NCBI RefSeq assembly: GCF_902652985.1
Contig: NC_047030.1
Span: 6,882,001-6,946,000, forward strand
Origin: Pecten maximus
Lineage: Eukaryota
DNA length: 64,000 nt
Reading direction: 5' to 3'
Shown here one piece after another: positions 55,255 to 64,000 of the stretch. Position numbers and translations under genes: made by a program. Numbering within the stretch: the first letter of the stretch is position 1; each line of letters begins with the position of its first letter. The notes beneath the pieces are model-generated. The model did no database searches and was not told the DNA's origin. It saw only the letters and a list, made by a program, of their open reading frames with translations.

Positions 55255-56215
55255 ATCAACCTTAAATTTATTTGCTTGTTTTCAAATACGATTATTAGAT
55301 TAAAGAATAAAGGTAGCATTTACACAACTGAAACTCACAAGAGACATTTTCGATATATAAATTTATCATTTTTCGCCGAAGAAGGGACGGTTACGACATA
55401 ATTAAAAATAACTCATCGTTATCCAGTATATGTAGGATTGTCAAAATCAGTACCAAGGATATATAACGTGATTGATAGATAGTTTCAGACCCATGTATTA
55501 TTGAAAAATTGCAAATGTACAGACTTATAGAAAGGGCGATTACACAAATTGAAATAACTTGTGTCCAATCCTTTTGCAATTATTTTGCTTTAAAACTAAG
55601 ATTTTTTAGTCACCTATAAAATATTGCATATAATTCTAAGATTATGCGATATGTGATCCCCCCCCCCCCCCCCCCCCCCCTATTTTTGGACTTCCTTGTG
55701 CATCCCCTCCATTCAAAAATAACTAGAATACATGTGAGGATGCATGAGGTCAGGATCCTATTTGATGGAAACTTTCCTAATTGATGACTCAAAATACACA
55801 TAAGACGACGAGATAATATACAAATGAGGCTCAATTATAATGCTCCCCAGTCCTCTAATGCAGTGCGAAAGTCGATGTTCTGATGTAAACAAAAATGGCC
55901 GAATGAAAATGTGCTTGAAAGAAAATATTGACAGAGTCCGCCAAAATAAATAAATAAATACATAATGTAAATAAATAAAAAAATGAATTGAAAAAAAAAA
56001 AAATAAATAAAATGAATAAATAAATGAAAATGAAATAATAATGACAACCAACATGTGCGAGATATTAAAGTATCAGTCCACAGGAACTTGACACGATTTC
56101 ACAAGTTTCATGGGTAGTAATGGGATAACCGGACACGTGAATTTAGAATCACCTTCCTACACATCTGTCCTATGAGGTTCATACGAGGAAAATGACCGAG
56201 AATTGAACAAGTTAT

Positions 56216-56692
56216 ATTTACATTCCTAATGCGGTTTGCTAATATGAACATACCAAGTGAAAACAACAAACATATGACCATAAATACACTATGAAAACCG
56301 TATGAAAACATTGTCTCTCGTGCAAATCACCTGATTAATCGGGTCATATTAATACGCCATCGACAGTAAGACAGGAAGAGTAGCTTCCCTTGGATCGATA
56401 ACGTTGGTACGAGATAAGTGTTAAAAATATTGAATGATTGTATTTAATATTATTTTTACTTTAATACTTCTTTCTTTTTGTTTTATACAAAATTAAACAA
56501 AAAAGTCCGGAAAATGCGGAACGACATTAAAAACGTTTCGTCGTATACATGACAAATTTGTCTTTTTAATAAAATTTCTCGTTTTCTCGATATAAATTTT
56601 TTAAATCAAGGTTATGTAAATATATGAATTGAATAGATTTTTAAAATTTTCATTGCGGCTATAAATAATAAAAAAAATCTATTCAATCCATA
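56216..56692 (-). mobile_element. Hairpin-ended element, subfamily E (477 bp)
   Basis: Starts atttacat; inner complement atgtaaat at 56614-56621; after 1 nt comes the hairpin tatgaattgaatagattttt...aaaaatctattcaatccata (56623-56692). Flanked by TAT/TAT. Confidence 0.68.
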
Positions 56693-57679
56693 TATGGATT
56701 ACCACACATGTACTTGACACGAAGTCCCCATCCACCGTCCACATATATATAGGCTAGGTAGACAAAGTGATGTATGAAATAAACTGCTTGCACATGATCC
56801 CCCCTCCCCTCTTTTTAACAGTGGAGCTGAAAATAACACCAAAAATGCTAATGATGGCCTGTAAAATCTAGAATTGTTACCATTAAATTCTTATTCTATT
56901 AATTCTATTGAAAATAAAAAGAACATCAGTTTTGTGAGGATTTAAAGCTATGATACAAGTTTTTGCCCACATATTCGAAGATTCCAGGTCTATTTTTAGA
57001 TAGTTTGGATATCTTGACAGGAAGAGGAGGGCCATTGAATATAAATGTCATTAATTCAGTATTTCAAAGTACCCACAGTTCACATCCGTAGAGTGCAGAT
57101 GGGTATACTTTATTTGTTACAATTTTAGCAATAGTTAAAGGGTTTAATGCGCATTGATATGCCCCAGAACGTAAAAGGGCCATAGTGCCACTTTTTAATT
57201 TAGTGCATGCTTTTTTTTATGTATAATATACATATAGCCCGTACATATTAACCGTGTGATTCGGATTGCCCCGTGGTCACCAATATGTCAATACCATTCT
57301 GATGTCCATGGTTCAAGTATAATAATTGCAATCACTAATGGACGTAGCTTCGAATACCCGAGCCCACGATCCATGATACATTAAATTATATTATGTAGAT
57401 CGGAGGATTTGATATTTCTGTCAAGTCCCTGTGTGTAATCATTGCTTTTAAATTTCCCCAAATGCTCAATCACTTTTCCCCCGAAAAATCTTTGACACGT
57501 AACCTTACAAACACTATGGTACAAACGTCACTTGCTTAGTGGAGCTACCAAGCCCTCTTCCCCAGAAGTATCGCTCTTCCTCTCTCTTCATGATTCAACA
57601 CGATTACGTAACTATCTAGTCAAATATAACGTGACATCCACTTGACCTGTCAACAGTACATCTACACCGTAACTACACA

Positions 57680-58046
57680 CTTTACATGTAAGTTTTTGTT
57701 TACATGTCAGTTTTTGCTACATGTAAGTTTTTGTGTAAGTTTTTGTTTACATGTACGTTTTTTGTTTACATGTAAGTTTTTGCTACAAGTAAGTTTTTGT
57801 TTACATGTAAGTTTTTGCTACAAGTAAGTTTTTGTTTACATGTAAGTTTTTGTTTACATATCAGTTTTTGTTTACATGTAAGTTTTTGTTTACATATAAG
57901 TTTTTGTTTACATGTCAGTTTTTGTGTAAGTTTTGTTTACATGTAAGTTTTGCTACAAGTAAGTTTTTGTTTACATGTAAGTTTTTGTTTACATGTAAGT
58001 TTTTGTTACAAGTAAGTTTTTGTTTACATGTAAGTTTTTATTTACA
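57680..58046. repeat. Minisatellite, ~18-bp unit (tttttgtttacatgtaag), ~20 copies
   Basis: Direct reading. Confidence 0.9.
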
Positions 58047-58677
58047 GAAGCTGGATGACGAATTGCAGCATGGTTAGCTCAAGACTTCAGTATGGTCGTT
58101 GGGCCACCCTAACTTTCCTATTTACGGTAAGTATCTAGTCTTGTATTGTCTGTTAATTCGTCCTTTAGTACATGTTTGATCTTGGTATTGAGATGTATTG
58201 TTTGACTTCATTTCAGGAGGTATGATCTTACAAGGACGGCCTCCCCGGGGATTCAATGAATGTTTTTTGTGTGAGTAGGGAGTGTTGGTGAGAGTGTGTG
58301 TTTGGAAGGAAGCACTATATGTTTCTCCTTGTAAAACGCGGAAATTATGTAGAATTAACCACAGGTACTAAAGTTATAAGTAATCAGATTGTCTAATTCT
58401 AATTTGTAACATCATTTCTTGTCTATTTATGCACAACATTGGAATTGACTATAAAAGACTAAAAAAAAAAAAAAAAAACCCACCCGTTTCTGCTTGTTAT
58501 AATGTAGAGAAGGTACATCATAAATAAATCGCTGTTGGCAAATATTACCAGTCGCAAATCACAAAACTAAGACCTGGGGTTGATTACGAAAATTCAAAGT
58601 GTCCGCGACCATGTTTTGTAACTACCTAAATCAATCGATAACGTTACCATTCCGTATTCCTACCAGAATGTAAATAT

Positions 58678-58856
58678 AACCAGCCATCCACCTCTGGGGC
58701 GCGAGTTCGACACCCACGTGGGGCAGTTGCCTGGTACTACCCTAAGGCCGGTACTTTTCTCCGGGGGACTCCGGATTTCCTCCACTTCAAAATCCTGGCA
58801 TGTCCTTAAATGACACGCTTTTAATAGGATTGTAAACAAAATGAATGAAACCAAAT
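58678..58856 (+). mobile_element. Diverged 5'-truncated V-domain-like SINE
   Basis: ccacctctggggcgcgagttcgacacccacgtggggcagttgcctggtact...ttctccgggggactccggatttcctccac...aaaccaaat is homologous to the 32187 SINE. Confidence 0.75.
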
Positions 58857-59564
58857 GCTTAAGCAGAATCTTACCCCTCTTGGGGCCCTGTTGATAGCTG
58901 AAGCTAGGCAGTTGTATCACTATTTTGACTTCTCAATGTCCAGATTTCTTTATTGATAATGAATAAATACACATGTTTATTATGCTACAGAACATATTCG
59001 CATAAACCAGACCACTGACATACAAAATAGCACAACAAAAGTCACTTATCGCCTATCTAATGAAAATTATATATTCTCCGCTTTTTTAGGCATTCCCAGA
59101 AATTCATATTGTTTTATTTAAAATACATCCTGTTGTTCCTCCTAAAACTTTCACACAAAACCACAACTTATTAACCTTATTTATAGACTGTGTAATCATG
59201 CACAATGGCGGATGTCTCCACACAGCTACCACAAGGCGCCTTCAACTCTTAATATAACAACTGTATTCAAGTGGTGATTAATATATTAATATATAATCAT
59301 ATTCCCAGCAAAATCACGATTTCAAACTTTTAAATTTATTTATTTAACAACATTTGCAAAAAAAGGCACCAGCTGACTTTAATCACTGTTATAATTCAAA
59401 CCAGAATGACCTGTCGCGTTGACCTTTTCGTGGAATATTCATAGTAGGTAGTGCACAGGTGTGTAAACAAAACACATTAATTAGGAATACCACTGTGTCC
59501 AGCAGGGTGCTGTTTTGAACCATTCGTTTTTGTTACAATTTTATATTGACAACACAGGGATTGT

Positions 59565-59760
59565 ATCATTTATTTTTGATGCATGGTTAGAAGAGCACGA
59601 GGGTTTTGACTATTGGGGACACCACCGGCCATAGGTACCCGGCCATAGGTACCCGGCCATAGGTACCCGGCCATAGGTACCCGGAGAAAACCCACGTTGT
59701 CGGGCAGGTATATCACATGCTTTTACGTGTCTGATCGGGGAATCGAATCACGGTCACGCA
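59565..59760 (-). mobile_element. Probable SINE fragment with an internal 4x14-bp expansion (ccggccataggtac)
   Basis: gtacccggagaaaacccac is the reverse complement of the V-like core; ggggaatcgaatc is a reversed B-box-like motif. Followed by a poly-C tract. Confidence 0.5.
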
Positions 59761-59762
59761 TT

Positions 59763-59803
<41 letters not shown>

Positions 59804-60502
59804 ACAAAAGTAACATTGTTAATAAATATTAAACCATGTTAAAATCATTATCCGCAGCAAGTCGTGTATACTAAGATATTTACAGCCTTATTGTCTACAT
59901 ATCACAGGGACCTGAGAATTTGGTATTGTCTTTGTGTATTTGGACATTTCCTCGTGTGCAAAGGCTATATTGGACCGTTAGTGGCGCGATTAGAATTCAG
60001 TTATATTAACAACCCTGACGGTCAATTCTCTCTCCCTAAAATGACTCCCTGAAATCCCTATCCACACAAGCGATATAAAAGGTCCAAATATACAACATAC
60101 ATGTATATACAAAATATGTAACGTGTGATTGAACCTTGACTGTAACAAATTCAAAGGTCCCTGAGTACATGCATGTATCATATTACTCATATATTTAGGA
60201 CGAATTTTACATCGCAATTATATTACTCAATACTCTCACTGAAAAAAACATGTTTATTTACAAACGGAAATTTTTATCAAAAAGAACGTAATGAATGGAA
60301 ATTTGAATGAAATCCACGAAAAAACATGGAAAGGATATCCGACACTTATTTGGACCAGGAAGTTCACGACACGATCTCACGTAGTTCATTAAATTGGTTT
60401 ATATCTAAAACATTTCCACAATCGACCTAGTATCATTTTACCAGTGGTATGGCCATGGTGTTTAATTAAAGTGTAATGGATATAACAAACATCTTATGCT
60501 TG

Positions 60503-61908
60503 ACACAGGTAAGGATGTCAATACAGGTAAAATTATTAATACAGGTAAGGATGTCAATACACTACCGGAAAAAATATTAATACAGGTAAGGATGTCAATA
60601 CAGGTAAATTATTAATACAGGTAAGGATGTCAATACAGGTAAAATTATTAATACAGGTGAGGATGTCAATACAGGTAAAATTATTAATACAGGTGAGGAT
60701 GTCGATACAGGTAAAATTATTAATACAGGTAAGGATGTCAATACACTACAGGTAAATCTATTACTACAGGTAAGGATGTCAATACACTACCGGAAAAAAT
60801 ATTAATACAGGTAAGGATGTCAATACAGGTAAAATTATTAATACAGGTAAGGGTGTCAATACAGGTAAAATTATTAATACAAGTAAGGATGTCAATACAG
60901 GTAAAATTATTAATACAGGTGAGGATGTCGATACAGGTAAAATTATTAATACAGGTAAGGATGTCAATACACTACAGGTAAATCTATTACTACAGGTAAG
61001 GATGTCAATACACTACAGGTAAAACTATTACTACAGGTAAGGATGTCAATACACTACATGTAAATCTATTACTACAGGTAAGGATGTCAATACACTACAG
61101 GTAAAACTATTAATACAGGTAAGGATGTCAATACACTACAGGTAAAACTAATACAGGTAAGGATGTCAATACACTACAGGTAAAATAATTAATACAGGTA
61201 AGGATGTCAATACAGGTAAAATTATTAATACAGGTAAGGGTGTCAATACAGGTAAAATTATTAATACAAGTAAGGATGTCAATACAGGTAAAATTATTAA
61301 TACAGGTGAGGATGTCGATACAGGTAAAATTATTAATACAGGTAAGGATGTCAATACACTACAGGTAAATCTATTACTACAGGTAAAGATGTCAATACAC
61401 TACATGTAAATCTATTACTACAGGTAAGGATGTCAATACACTACAGGTAAAACTATTAATACAGGTACATTGTAAGGATGTCAATACACTACAGGTAAAT
61501 CTATTAATACAGGTAAAGATGTCAATACACTACAGGTAAAACTATTAATACAGGTAAGGATGTCAATACACTACAGGTAAAATAATTAAGACAGGTAAGG
61601 ATGTCAATACAGGTAAAACTATCAATACAGGAAAGGGTGTCAATACAGGTAAAATTATTAATACAGGTAAGGATGTCAATGCACTACAGGTAAAATTATT
61701 AATACAGGTAAGGATGTCAATACACTACAGGTAAAATTATTAATACAGGTAAGGATGTCAATACACTACAGGTAAAACTATTAATACAGGTAAGGATGTC
61801 AATACACTACAGGTAAAATTATTAAGACAGGTAAGGATGTCAATACAGGTAAACTTATTAATACAGGTGAGGATGTCGATACAGGTAAAATTATTAATAC
61901 AGGTAAGA
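60503..61908. repeat. Minisatellite of alternating 18-bp subunits (tacaggtaaggatgtcaa / tacaggtaaaattattaa, with or without tacac)
   Basis: 36/41-bp composite period with a 387-bp block duplication (60779 to 61166). Confidence 0.92.
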
Positions 61909-61919
61909 ATTTTGGAAAC

Positions 61920-62380
61920 CGGTAGATATTGTGAATATGCTAAGAATTGTGGGTACACGTAAGAATTATGGATACTGGTTAGAATTGTGGATGTACATTG
62001 CAGGCAAGAATTGTAGATGTGGGTAAGGATTGTAGATATAGGTAAAATTGTTGATACATGTAAGAAATTGTAGATACAGGTTACATTTTTAGATACAGGT
62101 AAAAACTGTTGATACAGGTAAAAACTGTAGATACAGGTAAAAACTGTTGATACAGGTAAAAACTGTAGATACAGGTAAAAACTGTAGATACATGTTAAAA
62201 CTGTTGATACAGGTAAAAATTGTAGATACAGGTAAAAACTGTTGGTACAGGTAACATTTTTAAATACAGATAAAAACTGTAGGTAAAACTGTAGATACAT
62301 GTAAGAATTGTAGATACATGTAAGAATTGTAGATACAGGTAAGAATTGTAGATACAGGTAAGAATTGTAGATACAGGTAA
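61920..62380. repeat. Related ~19-bp minisatellite (tgtagatacaggtaa(a/g)aa(c/t))
   Basis: Shares the atacaggtaa core with the preceding array. Confidence 0.85.
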
Positions 62381-62679
62381 TATAGCAATATTGTATTGAT
62401 GATATTTCCGTGTTGGTCCTCTGATACAAACACTAACATGTAGGTATGGACCTATACATTACAGATAAAATCATGTCAATAAAACGTAGCAATCATATAT
62501 AATGAGTTCTTCCTTTAGGAGAATATGGATTTTATAATTACGTAATTTGTTTGAAACATTATGAAAATGAGTAACAACACTGTGTATGTCTTGGTTACAG
62601 ATATGTACCTTGATCATTGGGACATTAGGTAAACCGTGTCGTCATATCACGTGTCCTCCAGGTAAGTAATTACCTTCCT

Positions 62680-64000
62680 TACATTGTAACATTGTACATA
62701 TACATGTATATGTATTATATACACCACTATAACCTTACATTGTACATATACATGTACTGTATATACCACTATAACCTTACATTGTACATATACATGTACT
62801 GTATATACCACTATAACCTTACATTGTACATATACATGTACTGTATATACCACTATAACCTTACATTGCACATATACATGTACTGTATATACCACTATAA
62901 CCTTACATTGTACATATACATGTACTGTATATACCACTATAACCTTACATTGTACATATACATGTACTGTATATACCACTATAACCTTACATTGTACATA
63001 TACATGTACTGTATATACCACTATAACCTTACATTGTACATATACATGTACTGTATGTACCACTATAACCTTACATTGTACATATACATGTACTGTATGT
63101 ACCACTATAACCTTACATTGTACATATACATGTACTGTATATACCACTATAACCTTACATTGTACATATACATGTACTGTATATACCACTATAACCTTAC
63201 ATTGTACATATACATGTACTGTATATACCACTATAACCTTACATTGTACATATACATGTACTGTATATACCACTATAACCTTACATTGTACATATACATG
63301 TACTGTATATACCACTATAACCTTACATTGTACATATACATGTACTGTATATACCACTATAACCTTACATTGTACATATACATGTACTGTATATACCACT
63401 ATAACCTTACATTGTACATATACATGTACTGTATACACCACTATAACCTTACATTGTACATATACATGTACTGTATGTACCACTATAACCTTACATTGTA
63501 CATATACATGTACTGTATATACCACTATAACCTTACATTGTACATATGCATGTACTGTATATACCACTTTAACCTTACATTGTACATATACATGTACTGT
63601 ATATACCACTATAACCTTACATTGTACATATACATGTACTGTATACACCACTATAACCTTACATTGTACATATACATGTACTGTATATACCACTATAACC
63701 TTACAATGTACATATACATGTACTGTATATACCACTATAACCTTACATTGTACATATATATGTACTGTATATACCACTATAACCTTACATTGTACATATA
63801 CATGTACTGTATATACCACTATAACCTTACAATGTACATATACATGTACTGTATATGCCACTATAACCTTACATTGTACATATATATGTACTGTATATAC
63901 CACTATAACCTTACATTGTACATATACATGTACTGTATGTACCACTATAACCTTACCATGTAACATTGTACATATACATGTACTGTATATACCACTATAA
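62680..64000. repeat. Minisatellite, 42-bp unit (cattgtacatatacatgtactgtatataccactataacctta), >30 copies, runs off the window
   Basis: Tandem array; produces the spurious 423-aa and 439-aa ORFs. Confidence 0.96.

Larger units (their letters stand above)
48560..55545. repeat. ~2.25-kb tandem segmental triplication containing the foldback repeat, a poly-G tract, (TA)n and (AAAT)n/N block
   Basis: Homologous positions 49182/51427/53677 and 50498/52749/~55182. The copies differ by SNPs and in 59-bp unit count. Confidence 0.88.

Noticed and set aside
62647-63966. 439-aa and 423-aa ORFs
   Set aside because: Translations of the 42-bp minisatellite on both strands.

Overview
AT-rich eukaryotic genomic DNA. 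The SINE/MITE types and the receptor family suggest a marine invertebrate, most likely a bivalve mollusc (inference). Roughly half of the window is unrelated minisatellite arrays (units of 14-59 bp), and these produce almost all long ORFs in the track; none of those ORFs is a credible gene. The one credible gene is an intronless class A neuropeptide GPCR of the myosuppressin-receptor/DMSR family (24956-26207, +), split by a single extra base at about 25325. Other content: a 9-bp-TSD Mutator-type MITE whose right end was captured into a 1683-bp higher-order satellite repeat, an AcademH-like palindromic MITE, tRNA-derived SINEs, and a ~2.25-kb tandem triplication carrying a foldback minisatellite, N blocks and one garbled stretch. 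The most notable signal is a family of at least 7 non-coding elements in 5 subfamilies sharing one asymmetric design. One end is a long hairpin starting TA(A/T)G(G/C)AWTGA; the other end is an 8-10-nt sequence complementary to the bases just inside the hairpin. They are flanked by 3-bp ATT/ATA direct repeats and insert into each other. As single strands they would fold so both termini abut on an internal splint, resembling the DIRS ICR or folded-ssDNA tyrosine-recombinase substrates.
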